Both the position numbers and the translations under genes were made by a program. Below, piece after piece: positions 12,254 to 24,190 of a DNA stretch of 64,000 bases. This stretch comes from Squalus acanthias (Eukaryota): the NCBI GenBank assembly GCA_030390025.1, contig CM059432.1, forward strand, positions 124,870,001-124,934,000, given 5' to 3'. Under the pieces are notes generated by a model, which saw only the letters and a list, made by a program, of their open reading frames with translations, searched no databases and was not told the origin of the DNA. How positions within the stretch are numbered: position 1 is the stretch's first letter; every line of letters starts with the position of its first letter.

Positions 12254-12569
12254 CTACCAACCGGAGGCATATCTAAACAGCTGTGCAAAAGATGTTGTGG
12301 CATCTCATGATTGAAAGTTGCATGTGTAACAGATTTAAAAATGTGGGATTTGAATCAAGGGTCTGGGTCAATGAGGGCAAAACAAAGCACACCAAAGCAG
12401 CAAATCATGTATTTTGCCAGTGAAATTTATTTTAAAAACTACTTGCAGTATCAGGATGTTGCAGTTTAGGAAATAATTAAATGCATCCATGAGATTTAAG
12501 CTTGAGAACGAATTTTAACAGGACTATATACACCTGGGGCATAACAAAAATCAACAACCATTATCTGAA

Positions 12570-12960
12570 GTACAACAGCAAGTATTTATACAATGCCTTT
12601 ATTGTATTAAAACGTCTCAAGGCGCTTCACAGGAGCATTATAAAACAAAATTTGACACCGAGCCATGTAAGGAGATATTAGGACAGATGACCAAAAGCTT
12701 GGTCAAAGAGGTAGGTTTTAAGGAGCGTCTTAAAGGAGGAATGCTCCGAAAGCTTGTGATTTCAAATAAAACTGTTGGACTATAACCTGGTGTTGTGCGA
12801 CTTCTCATTTTTAAAGGAGGAAAGGGAGGTAGAGAAGTGGAGAGGTTTTAGGGAGGGAATTCCAGAGCTTAGGGCCTTGGCAGCAGAAGGCAGAGCCACC
12901 AATGGTGGAACGATTATAATCAGGGATGCACAAGAGACCAGAATTGGAGGAGCACAGATA
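12570..12960 (-). mobile_element. L2 LINE 3' end, interrupted by a 69-bp Penelope family A fragment (12742-12810)
   Basis: L2 tail shared with 31310-31805 and 59820-60820. The insert is flanked by the 12-bp duplication TTAAAGGAGGAA (12730-12741 and 12811-12822). Confidence 0.8.
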
Positions 12961-13317
12961 TTAAACACCATTAAATCAACATCTTGCTAGTCACACGTGA
13001 TCAGCTCCTAAGCATCATTAACAAGCATTATTTTGGGTCATCTCACATCAAACCTGTCGCATCAGTTAAGGAAAGAATGACATGGATATTGGGACCAGAT
13101 CTGTTAACACAATGTGACAAGGTGAGGAAAAAATCCATGACCTTTTCTTATGTCCTTACGGCAATATACAGAACACCTCACAAATAATGTTAATGAACTG
13201 CATTCAAGAATATAAAAAGTCCAAGACACACCAACCTACTTTACAAATGTTTGCAACTCATACAATATTACAGCACAGAAGGAGGCCATAAGAGAAGAAG
13301 AAATAGAAGAAAGAAAT

Positions 13318-14640
13318 AGAACCAATCGGCCCCTCGCGCCTGCTCCGCCATTCAATAAGATCATGGCTGATCTGATCCTCACCTCAAATCTAAAGAACAC
13401 AAGAAGTAGGAGCAGGACTCGGCCACTCAGCCCCTGGGCCCGCTCTGCCACCCACAGGGCCTTGACCGATCCGAACTCAGCCACATGTCCAATTTCCTGC
13501 CCGCTCCCCGTAACCCCTAATTCCCTTTACTTCTAGGAAACTGTCTATTTCTGTTTTAAATTTATTTAATGATTTAGCTTCCACAGCTTCCTGGGGCAGC
13601 AAATTCCACAGACCTACTACCCTCTGAGTGAAGAAGTTTCTCCTCATCTCAGTTTTGAAAGAGCAGCCCCTTATTCTAAGATTATGCCCCCTAGTTCTAG
13701 TTTCACCCATCCTTGGGAACATCCTTACCGCATCCACCCGATCAAGCCCCTTCACAATCTTATATGTTTCAATAAGATCGCCTCCCATTCTTCTGAACTC
13801 CAATGAGTAGAGTCCCAATCTACTCAACCTCTCCTCATATGTCCACCCCCTCATCCCTGGGATTAACCGAGTGAACCTTCTTTGTACTGCCTCGAGTGTA
13901 AGTATGTCTTTTAAGTATGGACACCAAAACTGTATGCAGTATTCCAGGTGCGGTCTCACCAATACCTTATATAACTGCAGCAATACCTCCCTGTTTTTAT
14001 AATCTATCCCCCTAGCAATAAAAGCCAACATTCCATTGGCCTTCTTGATCACCTGCTGCACCTGCATACTAACTTTTTGATTTTCTTGCACCAAGACCCC
14101 CAGATCCCTTTGTACTGCAGTACTTTCCAGTTTCTTGCCATTAAGATAATAACTTGCTCTCTGATTTTTCCTGCCAAAGTGCATAACCTCACATTTTCCA
14201 ATATTGTATTGCATCGGCCAAATCTCCGCCCACTCACCCAGCCTGTCTATATCCCCTTGTAGGTTTTTTATGTCCTCCTCACTTTCTACTTTCCCTCCCA
14301 TCTTTGTATCATCTGCAAACTTTGATATGTTACACTCGGTCCCCTCCTCCAAATCATTAATATAGATTGTAAAGAGTTGGGGACCCAGCACCGACCCCTG
14401 CGGAACACCACTGGCTACTGGTTGCCAGTCCGAGAATGAACCATTTATCCCAACTCTCTGCTTCCTGTTAGATAACCAATCCTCCACCCATGCCAGAATA
14501 TTACCCCCAATCCAGTGATTTTTTATCTTGAGCAATAATCTTTTATGTGGCACCTTGTCGAATGCCTTCTGGAAGTCTAAATACACTACGTCCACTGGTT
14601 CCCCTTTATCCACCCTGTCCTCAAAGAACTCAAGCAAATC
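13318..14640 (-). mobile_element. Young 5'-truncated CR1 with an open RT C-terminal frame (ORF 13477-14643)
   Basis: [35 protein letters not shown], followed by the 3' UTR. Confidence 0.95.
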
Positions 14641-14644
14641 CATT

Positions 14645-15258
14645 GTGCCTGTGCCTCTTTGGTAGAGCTATCCAATTAATCCCACTCCCCTGCTCTTTCC
14701 CCATAGCGCTGTAATTTTGTTCCCATCAAGTATTCATCCAATTCTCTTTTCTCTTTTGAATGTTACTACTGAATCTGCTTCTACCCGCACCCCCCCCCCT
14801 CCACCAAACACTTTTCAGGTAAACTCGCGGTGTAAAAAATGTTTCCTCATGTCACCTCTGGTTCTTTTGCCAATCACCTTAAATCTGTCTCCTCTGGTTA
14901 TCTACCCTTCTGCCACTGGAAACAGTTTCTTATTTACTCTATCGAAGCCATTCATGATTTTGAACACCTCTATCAAATCTCCTTTTAACCTGCTCTGTTC
15001 AAAAGGAGAACAACCCCAGCTTCTCCACATAACTGAAGTCGATCATCCCTGGTACAATTCTAGTAAATCTCTTCTGCACCCTCTCCAAGGCGTCGACATC
15101 CTTGCTGAAGTGTGGTGCCTAGAATTGACCACAATACTCCAGCTGAGGCCTAACTAGTGATTTGGAAACTTTGGTATAATTTCCTTGCTTTTGGTACTTT
15201 ATTCCTCTATTAATGAAGCCAAGGATCCCACACGCTTTAACAGCCTTCTCCACTTGTC
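14645..15258 (-). mobile_element. Decayed CR1 3' fragment
   Basis: Homologous to 6078-6530. Confidence 0.8.
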
Positions 15259-15261
15259 CTG

Positions 15262-16051
15262 CCATCACTTTGGTAAGAAAAATAGAAAAGCAAGAGTATT
15301 TATTTATTTATTTATTTTTTTAAATGGTGAGATTGGGAAGTGTTGGTGTTCAGAAGGACCTGGGTGTCCTTGTACACGAATCACTGAAAGTTAACATGCA
15401 GGTACAGCAAGCAATTAGGAAAACAAATGGTATGTTGGCCTTTATTACAAGAGGATTTGAGTATAAGAGTAAAGACGTCTTACTGCAATTATATAGGGCC
15501 CCGGTGAGACCACATCTGGAGTATTGTGTACAGTTTTGATCTCCTTACCCAAGGAAGGATATACTTGCCATAGAGGGAGTGCAATGAAGGTTCACCAGAT
15601 TGATTCCTGGGATGGGGGGATTGTCCTTTGCTGAGAGATTTGGTAGACTAGGCCTTTATTCTCTAGTGTTTAGAAGAATGAGAGGTGATCTCATTGAAAC
15701 ATACAAAATTCTTACAGGGCTTGACAAAGCTGATGCAGGGAGGATGTTTCCCCTGGTTGGGGAGTCTAGAACCAGGGGTCACAGTCTCAGAATAAGGGGT
15801 CAGCCATTTAGGACTGAGATGAGGAGAAATTTCTTCACTCAAGATGCTGGTGAATCTTTGGTATTCTCTACCCCAGAGGGCTGTGGAGGCTCAGTCGTTG
15901 AGTATATTCAAGACAGAGATCGATAGATTGAGATATTAAGGGAATCAAGGGATATGGGGATAGTGCAGGAAAGTAAGAGTTGAGGTAGATGATCAGCCAT
16001 GATCTTATTGAATGGTGGGGCAGGCTCGAGGGGCCAAATGGCCTACTCCTG
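15262..16051 (+). mobile_element. CR1 3' portion (RT C-terminus and 3' UTR)
   Basis: DLGVLVHESLK, VRPHLEYCVQF, RMRGDLIETYKI; tail GGCCTACTCCTG. Confidence 0.9.
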
Positions 16052-18960
16052 TTTAACCAATCCTCAATCCATGCTAGTATATTACCCCCAATCCCATGAG
16101 CCCTAATTTTGTTTAATAACCTCGTGGCACCTTATCAAATGCCTTCTGAAAATCCAAATACACCACATCCACTGGTTCCCCCTTATCTATTCTGCTAGTT
16201 GCAACCTCAATAAACTCGAAGATTCGTCAAACACGATTTTCCTTTCATAAATCAGTGTTGACTCTGCCCAAGCCTATTATTATTTTCTAAGTGCCCGGTT
16301 ATCATGTCCGTAATAATAGATTCTAGCATTTTCCCTACTACTGATGTCAGGCTAACTGGTCGATAGTTCCCCGTTTTCTCCCTCCCTCCTTAAATAGTGG
16401 GGTTACATTTGCCACCTTCCAATCCGCAGGAACCATTCTATAATCTATGGAATTTTAGAAAATGACAACCAATGCATCCACTATCTCCAATGCCACCTCT
16501 TTCAAAACCCTAGGATGCAGGCCATCCAGTCCAGGTGATTTATCAGCTTTCAGTCCCATTAATTTCTCCAGTACATTTTTTTTTAAAACTAATACTAATT
16601 TCTTTCAGTTCCTCATTCTCGCTAGAGCTTTGGTTCTCCACTATTTCCAGGAAGTTTTTTTGTGTCTTCTTCCATGAAGACAGGCATGAAGTATTTGTTT
16701 AATTTCTCTGCCATTTCCTTATTCTCCATTATAATTTCTCCAGTCTCAGCCTGTAAGGGACCCACATTTGCTAATCTTTTCCTTTTTACATACCTATAGA
16801 AGCTTTTACAGTCTGTTTTTATGTCTCGCTAGTTTACTCTCATTCTATTTTCCCTTTCTTTATCAATTTCTTGATCCTCCTTTGCCAAATTCTAAAATCC
16901 TCAATTCTCAGGCTTACTACTCTTTTTGGCAACATTATAAGCCTCTTCCTTTGATCTAATACTATCTTTAATTTCTCTTGTTAGCCACGGTTGGACCACT
17001 TTTCCTGTGGGGTTTTTGTGCCTTAAAGGAAAGTATATTTTTTGTAAATTATGTATTAATTCTTTAAATGCTAGCCATTGTTTCTCTGTCATACCTTTTA
17101 AGGTAGTTTCCCAATCTACCTTCGCCAACTCGCCTCTCATACCTACGTAGTTTGCTTTGTTTAGATTTAAGACCTTAGTTTCAGATTTAACTAAATCACT
17201 TTCAAACTCAATATAAAATTCTATCATATTATGGTCACTCTTCCCTAAAGGCCCCTTTACTACAAAGGTTATTAATTAACCCTTTCTCATTGCACAATAC
17301 TAGATCTAAAATAGCCTGTTCCCTATTTGGTACCTCAACATACTTATCTAGAAAACTATCTTGCATACATTCCATGAATTTGTCCTCCACACTATTACTT
17401 CAAATTTGGTTTGCCCAGTCTATATGCAGATTAAAGTCCCCCATGATTACTGTATTACCCTTGTTGCATGCACCTCTAATTTCCTGATTTATACTCTGCC
17501 CTACATTACAACTACTGTTTATGGTCCTATAAACAACTTCCATCAATGTTTTCTGCCCCTTGCTGTTTCTTAGCTCCACCCAAACTGATTCTACTTGATT
17601 TTCAGAGCCAAGATCCTTTCTCTCTACTGTCTTTATTCCATCCTTTATCAGGGCTACCCCACCGCCTTCTCTATTTTGCCTATCTCTACTAAAAGTTAAG
17701 TATCCTGGAATATTTAGTTCCCAACCTTGGCCACTTTGCACCCACGTCTCCTTTATGGCTATTAGATGAAACCTGTTAATTTCTATCTGCGCTATTAATT
17801 CACCTATTTTACTGCGAATGCTTCGCGCACACAGATATAGTGCCTTTAGCTTTGACTTATTTCTATTTTTCCTTGATGTCACCTTAGGTCACTGATGCCT
17901 TATTACCTTTGTTACTCTCTCTGTCCCTTCCTGACCCACTCTGCTTAGTTTTACCCAAAACTCTACTCTACAGCCTTGACATTTCCCTCGCTGCTTTTAA
18001 ATTTACTCTGTCCTGAATCCTCCCATCCACCCAATCATTAGTTTAAAGCCCTGTCTACTGCCCTAGTTATTCGGTTCACCAGGACACTGGTTCCAGCCTG
18101 GTTTAAGTGGAGCCCGCCCCGACGGAACAGCTCCCTCTTTCCCCAGTACTGTTGCTAGTGTCCTATGAACTGAAACCACTTCCTCCCACACCACTCTAAG
18201 CCACACATTTAAACCTCTAATCGGTTTGTCCCTATGCCAATTTAACGTGGCTCAGGTAACAATCCAGAGATTACCTTTGAGGTTCTGCTTTTTAATTTGG
18301 ATCCAAGCTCCTCAAACTCCCTTCGCAGAACCTCATTCCTAGTTCTACCTATGTTGTTGGTTCCTATGTGGACCACGACAACTGGATCCTCCCCCTCCAA
18401 GTTCTTCTCCAGCCACGAGATGTCTTTAACCCTGGCACCGGGCAGACAACACAACCTTCAGAACTCTTGGTCGCGGCTGCAGAGAACAGTATCTATCCCC
18501 CCCCGACTATACTGTCCCCTACCACAACTACATTCCCTTTCACTCCTCTCCCCCCCCCCCCACCCACCACCCTGCTCCATGGTGAGCTTGCTCATCCATC
18601 TTGCAGGCTTTTCCCTCATCCACACAGGCAGCAAGAACTTCATACCTGTTGGACAAGGGCAAAGGCTGAGGCTCCTCCAGCACTGCAGCCAAGGTCCCCT
18701 TACCTGCCTGAGTTGCAGTCACACCGTTCTATCCCTGACCACTAACCAGACCCGTACTACTACCTAACCTAAGAATTGCAACTGCCTCCTGGATCAAAGT
18801 GTCCAGGTAACTCTCCCCATCCCTGATGCCCTGCAATGTCTGCACCTCAGACTCCAGCTCAAAAACTCTGAGCTGAAGTTCCTCAAGATGCAGGCACTTA
18901 CTGCAAACGTGGTTGTCTGGGATCACAATGCTCGCCACAAACTCCCATATGCTGCCATCC
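16052..18960 (-). mobile_element. CR1 5' portion: ORF1 (Zn-finger/coiled coil plus SGNH esterase), APE endonuclease and RT N-terminus; decayed
   Basis: CSKCLHLEELQLRVFELE, LSNRYEVL, CCLPGARVKD, VHIGTNNIG, KETW, GGGVAL, IMGDFN. Confidence 0.92.
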
Positions 18961-19176
18961 CTATATGACCTTGTTTTATTTAATTCAATTAAATCTTTTA
19001 TTGGCCCACACTTTAATATAAAGATTAATTACATGTGTGTGTAAGAATGCCCCACTCTATTATACCATGCATTCTCCTCAATGGAGCGTTGCAATGCACT
19101 CAAGTAGGAGGGGGGAGAAGAAAAAAATGTAGAAAACACTGTTGTGCCAAGATACTTATAAAAGTAGTAAGATTAC

Positions 19177-19290
19177 CTTGAAGGCACCAGCTACTGCAAA
19201 AGCTAGAGTAAAAGCCACAGCCAAGTGAAACCGCAGACGTTTGGCCAACAGGCCTCTCATCACAGGTTTGGCAATTGCAGTGGCAGACAT
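19177..19290 (-). CDS. COX6C: Cytochrome c oxidase subunit 6C, first coding exon
   Basis: ACCATG start; MSATAIAKPVMRGLLAKRLRFHLAVAFTLAFAVAGAFK|GTAATC (38 codons, phase 0). Acceptor at 19298. Confidence 0.96.
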
Positions 19291-19374
19291 GGTTTATCTG
19301 GGGGGGGGGGGAAAAAACAAGAGGTCATTAGGAACATCTAAAACATGCACAATATTAAGCACTGAATCAATCAC

Positions 19375-19860
19375 CACCCCCCCACCAAACCCCCAGGGAC
19401 CCTCACCCCCAACACCCCCCCCCCAACCCCCAGGACCCTCAGCCCCAACACCCCAGGACCCTCAGCCCCACCCCCAGGACCCTCAGCCACCACCCCCCCC
19501 GGGACCCCCAGCCACCACCCCCCCCGGGACCCCCAGCCACCACCCCCCCCGGGACCCCCAGGACCCTCAGCCCCACCCCCGGGACCCTCAGCCACCACCC
19601 CCCCCGGGACCCCCAGGACCCTCAGCCCCACCCCCGGGACCCTCAGCCACCACCCCCCCCGGGACCCCCAGGACCCTCAGCCCCACCCCCGGGACCCTCA
19701 GCCACCACCCCCCCCCGGACCCCCAGCCCCACCCCCGGGACCCTCAGCCACCACCCCCCCCCGGACCCCCAGCCCCACCCCTGGGACCCTCAGCCACCAC
19801 CCCCCCCCGGACCCCCAGCCCCACCCCCGGGACCCTCAGCCACCACCCCACCCACCCCCG
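19375..19860. repeat. C-rich/G-rich minisatellite in COX6C intron 1
   Basis: Units of about 21-34 bp of type GGACCCTCAGCCACCACCCCCCCCG / GGACCCCCAGCCCCACCCCCG. Confidence 0.95.
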
Positions 19861-20510
19861 GGAGCGCGGGTTTGGGGGGGCGGCACTGTGCCCCGCGTGT
19901 TCGGCTCTGCTACTTCCCGTGAAGCCGCTGTGACCCCGGGCAGCGGCTCCAAGGTGACCGCGCCGCCCGGGTCCCGGCGATGGAGCGGGCGGATCCGCAC
20001 CAATTCTCAAAGCGCTGCCGGGCCCCGACCCCGACCCCCAGTGTCGGGCGCGGGTTTGAGGGCTGCGTCCTGTGGAGTCGGGCTGGGGGTCGAGTTTGCT
20101 CGCACACTCACTCACTGTGTCCGGCTCGGCACTTGACACTCTGCTCTCTCCGGAACCAGGCCACCCTTCACTACGCATGCACCAAAACTCACTTCCGTCT
20201 TGGCATCAGCGCACCCGGAGCCTAATATGGAATGAGTGACGGTTGGCGCATCTTAGCCCTGCCCCTCACCAGCGCGTCTTAGCTACGCCCCACCCCCCAC
20301 CCCGCCTGTAGCCCCGCCCCTCTCCGCGCCTCTAGCCCCGCCCCTCCCCGCGCCTCTAGCCCCGCCCCTCCCCGCAAGTAGCCCCGCCCCTCCCCGCGCC
20401 TCTAGCCCCGCCCCTCGCCGTCGCGTCATTAGCCATGGCCCCGCGCCCGCGCCTCTGTCGACAGGAGGGGGCGGGGCTCTGGGCCCTGCCCAGTTCAGCG
20501 TCACTGCCCT
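19860..20510 (-). promoter_or_regulatory. COX6C: COX6C CpG-island promoter and non-coding exon 1 (about 20190-20116)
   Basis: CpG-dense. Tandem GC boxes (about 24-bp unit TAGCCCCGCCCCTCCCCGCGCCTC, 20300-20415). ETS-type ACTTCCG near 20190, NRF1-like TACGCATGCA near 20172, CRE-like CGCGTCA near 20422. Donor CA|GTGAGT at 20115. Confidence 0.85.
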
Positions 20511-20526
20511 GTGTCTTAATAAAAAC

Positions 20527-22318
20527 CAGAAGTCGCACAACAGCAGGTTATAGTCCAACAGATTTATTTAAAATTACAAGCTTTCGGAGCTATCGATGGC
20601 CCCTTCTTCAGGTAAAGTTACTATGAGTGAATCTACAAAAATTCACAGAATATAAACACAGAGAAAATGCAGAGATACAATCTTTCCTTACATCAAAGAC
20701 ACACCAAGAGCACAGCCAAGACAATGAGATGTGTCCCAGGGGGTCCAACGTGTCAAAACCTGCTGTCTGCATATCCTCTCCATTTGGGTTTGTTTTTTGT
20801 TTTTTTTTTAAACTGGAAAGACAGACAACGATGTCAAGTCACGTTCTGTAGCGTGACATGAACCCGATATCCCTATTGAGGCCGTCCTCATGAGTGCGGA
20901 ACTTGGCTATCAGTTTCTACTCGATGATTTTGCGTTGTCGTGTATCTCGAAGGCCGCCTTGGAGAACGCTAACCCGCAGATCCGAGGCTGAATGCCCTTG
21001 ACTGCTGAAGTGTTCCCCGACTGGGAGGCAACCATCCTGCCTGGCGATTGTTGCGCGGTGTCCGTTCATACGTTGTCTCAGTGTCTGCATGGTCTCGCCG
21101 ATGTACCATGCTCTGGGGCATCCTTTACTGCAACGTATCAGGTAGACAACGTTGGCCGAGTCACATGAGTATGTACCATGTACCTGGTGGGTAGTGTCCT
21201 CACGTGTGATGACGGTATCTGTGTTCATGATCTGGCATGTCTTGCAGAGGTTGCCGTGGCAGGGTTGTGTGGTGTCGTGGTCGCTGTTCTCCTGACAGCT
21301 GGGTAATTTGCTGCGAACAATGGTACTTTTGAGGTTAGGCGGCTGCTTGAAGGCGAGTAGTGGAGGTGTGGGGATGGCCTTAGCAAGGTGTTTGTCGTCA
21401 TCGATGACATGTTGAAGGCTGCGAAGAACATGGCGTAGTTTCTCCGCTCCAGGGAAGTACTGGATGACGTAGGGTACTCTGTTGGTTGTGTCCCGTGTTC
21501 GTCTTCTGAGGAGGTCTATGCGGTTTTTCGCTGTGGCCCGTCGGAACTGTCGATCAACGAGTCGAGCGTCATATCCCGTTCTTACGAGGGCGTCTTTCAG
21601 TGTCCGTAGGTGTCCATCGCGTTCCTCCTCGTCTGAGCAGATCCTGTGTATTCGCAGGGCTTGTCCATAGGGGATGGCTTCTTTAACGTGGTTAGGGTGG
21701 AAGCTGGAGAAGTGGAGCATCGTGAGGTTGTCCGTGGGCTTGCGGTAGAGTGAAGTGCTGAGGCGCCGTGTGGCAGATGTGGCAGATGCTGGAGTCTGTA
21801 TGGAAAACAAAAAACTTTTTACTTTTTTTGCTGGAAATCACAGCAGGTGGGGTTACATGTAGCGTGACATGAACCCAAGATGTAACCCCACCTGACGTAG
21901 AGTCATCCAGACTCGAGTCGTCGTTGGCTTGTTCTCTCTACACAGATGCGGCCGGACCTGCTGTGATTTCCAGCAAAAAAAGTTTTTTGTTTTCCATACA
22001 GACCCCAGCATCTGCCACATTGTCTTTGATGTAATGTTTTCCTGACTGACCTGTTTGGACACCATCCACACCTTTGATTGCCGTGATTATCTCTCTGCCG
22101 AGGTGTGATAAAGGGCAGTTGGAAAGATTAACTGTAATCATCTGGCAGTGTTCTCTGACTATATATGCTGTGACTATATGCATCTCTTCACTTCACCTGA
22201 CGAAGGAGCAGCGCTCCGAAAGCTTGTGATTTCAAATAAAACTGTTGGACTACAACCTGGTGTTGTGCGACTTCTCACATTTGTCCACCCCAGTCCAACA
22301 CCGGCATCTCCACATCAT
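20527..22318 (-). mobile_element. Penelope-like element (family A): partial RT thumb plus GIY-YIG ORF (21810-20917) between inverted terminal repeats
   Basis: LYRKPTD, AIPYGQALRIHRICS, CxxxxCKTC, VVYLIRC...WYIGET, RQRMNGHR. Minus-strand terminal repeat at 20527-20612 and plus-strand one at about 22020-22318. Confidence 0.92.
22193..22229 (+). ncRNA. Minimal type I hammerhead ribozyme (family A)
   Basis: TCAC-CTGACGA-A-GGAGC-AGC-GCTCC-GAAA-GC-TT-GTGA. Confidence 0.82.
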
Positions 22319-23067
22319 GTTTTAAACTGTACTGTTGTGTTCACACCGCTCGTACTGTATTGTCAACCTTAATAAACACTGTACAGGTGAGCCCGAAAAT
22401 GCTGTCCGTGTTGAAATCTGTCCTCAGTAATCCCTATCGTCCAGAACTTGTAGTAAGGGGGTTTGCGTGCTCGCTACGGGCGGGGCGAAACCACTTACAA
22501 TAATTGGCGATTGCGGCAGGGCCCATAGGAAATTGGCCACCGCAAAAAACGGTTACACTGTATGTCAATGACAGCAGTGGGACAGGGCCCAGGTTCCAGG
22601 CCAATTTCCCTGCTTACCTCCATGCCCAGCGACTGCCAGGAGACAAGTGATGGTAGGCCCTGAGGCAGCAGTGTTGAGTTCCCGAAATTTATCAATGGAA
22701 TGAGAGGACCTACTATTGGCCACCGCTCTCTCCACAACAGTCCCAAACACTGCAAACAACGACCTTTCGATGCCTCAGTCTTGGCTGAGGCCTGAAAAAA
22801 ATGTTGCTCCCTTCTCTTTGGGGTACCTCCACCCTGCTTAAATATGCGGCCCCATCTTTTGCTGGAATTTCCCTTACTGGTAAAGGCGGACTCCCTCTTA
22901 GTGGTGGGACTGCCACTGGGGGTCCACTATACAACAGTTATGAGCTTCAATCCAGGAAAATGAGTCGGGGTTTTGGCGGGGTCACAGCAGCGGGCAGAAA
23001 TCCCACTCCCTGCTGTCGGAAGGAGAAACCAGTCCAATGAGCTTGGGATGAATCAATTGAATCTTAA

Positions 23068-23615
23068 GGGGGAAATTTAACTCTGGGGGGGGGGTGGGAT
23101 ACTGGCGGGCACCTGCCCGGGAGTCTCTGTGGGACGCTCGGCCGAAATTAACTGCCGGGTCTTATTTCCATCCCGCCGGCCACCTGCCTGCCCAAAACAG
23201 GTGTAGAAAGGTGGCTGCCGGCAGGCGAAATCTCACCACCTGGAGGCCACCCGCCAGCACTCAGGTTAAGTCACAGGGATGGGTTTTGGCAGAGTCTCAC
23301 AGGTAGAAAAAAGTGACCGCCTGAGCAGCAGAGGCCCAGACTTTCCTTTTGGGGCCCAGAGGACTTCTGTTCCTCCTGGCCCCAGAAAGATAAGTTTAAA
23401 ACTTACATTTTAGGCACTCCGCGTCACCCGCCGCGAATGCTCCCTGCTCAGTGCGTCGTTAAAATTCCACTGGAGTCCTATGTACGTCATAGGATCCCGA
23501 TTAGCATATATTAGTGAGGCTCCCCCCTGAGTTAAGCGGGTGCCTCAACCGCCATCAAAAACAGCAGGGTGGGGCAGGAATGGAGTGGCAAATACAGCCT
23601 CTCAATTTTAACTCG
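23068..23615. mobile_element. GC-rich non-autonomous DNA element (MITE-like)
   Basis: Starts GGGGGAAATTTAAC, with an AATTTTAAC-type end. Internal motifs resemble 34172-34940 and 61660-62330. Confidence 0.5.
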
Positions 23616-24190
23616 GGTTCCGCTCGATTTCTACTGATCCACCTCGGTTTAAGACATATCTTCAGTGCCTGGTTCATTATCAAATAAGTTCTTTGTTTCA
23701 GCAGCTACAGGACATGGCTGTAAAGAGCATCTTAAACCCGTGTGAATCCACTTCGATTTAAAATCCGACACTCAAATGTAGCTCGCTTCCAAATCCTTTC
23801 TGTGGGAAAACGGTCAAATGATCCTGAAATATGGCAAATGCAGCAGAGGATAAATTTTACAAATCGCTGCTTTGGTTGCACAGCTTGCCTGCCAGGAGTG
23901 ATATTAGGAAATTGCAGGAGCGCTTCCCATGGTTTTCCATCAAATGATGGGGAGCTCTCCTGTTATTTCCCTGTTATGTGTTTCCGGTGTATGAGGCTCC
24001 ACACATGAGCATGCTTTCAGAAAATGTATCCCTTGGATATTCAGGCTGCCAGCAACATAATACTTTCAGAAATGCTTGTAACAGTCCGTCCCGTATGATG
24101 CCTTCATTGATGAAGACATCGAATAGGATGGGTCCACCGAGTACGACAGGGTACCGAGCTATTTGAGATCTAATGAGTAGCATATGTATG

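Noticed and set aside
19241..19933. 230-aa proline-rich ORF
   Set aside because: Translation of a minisatellite, antisense to COX6C.
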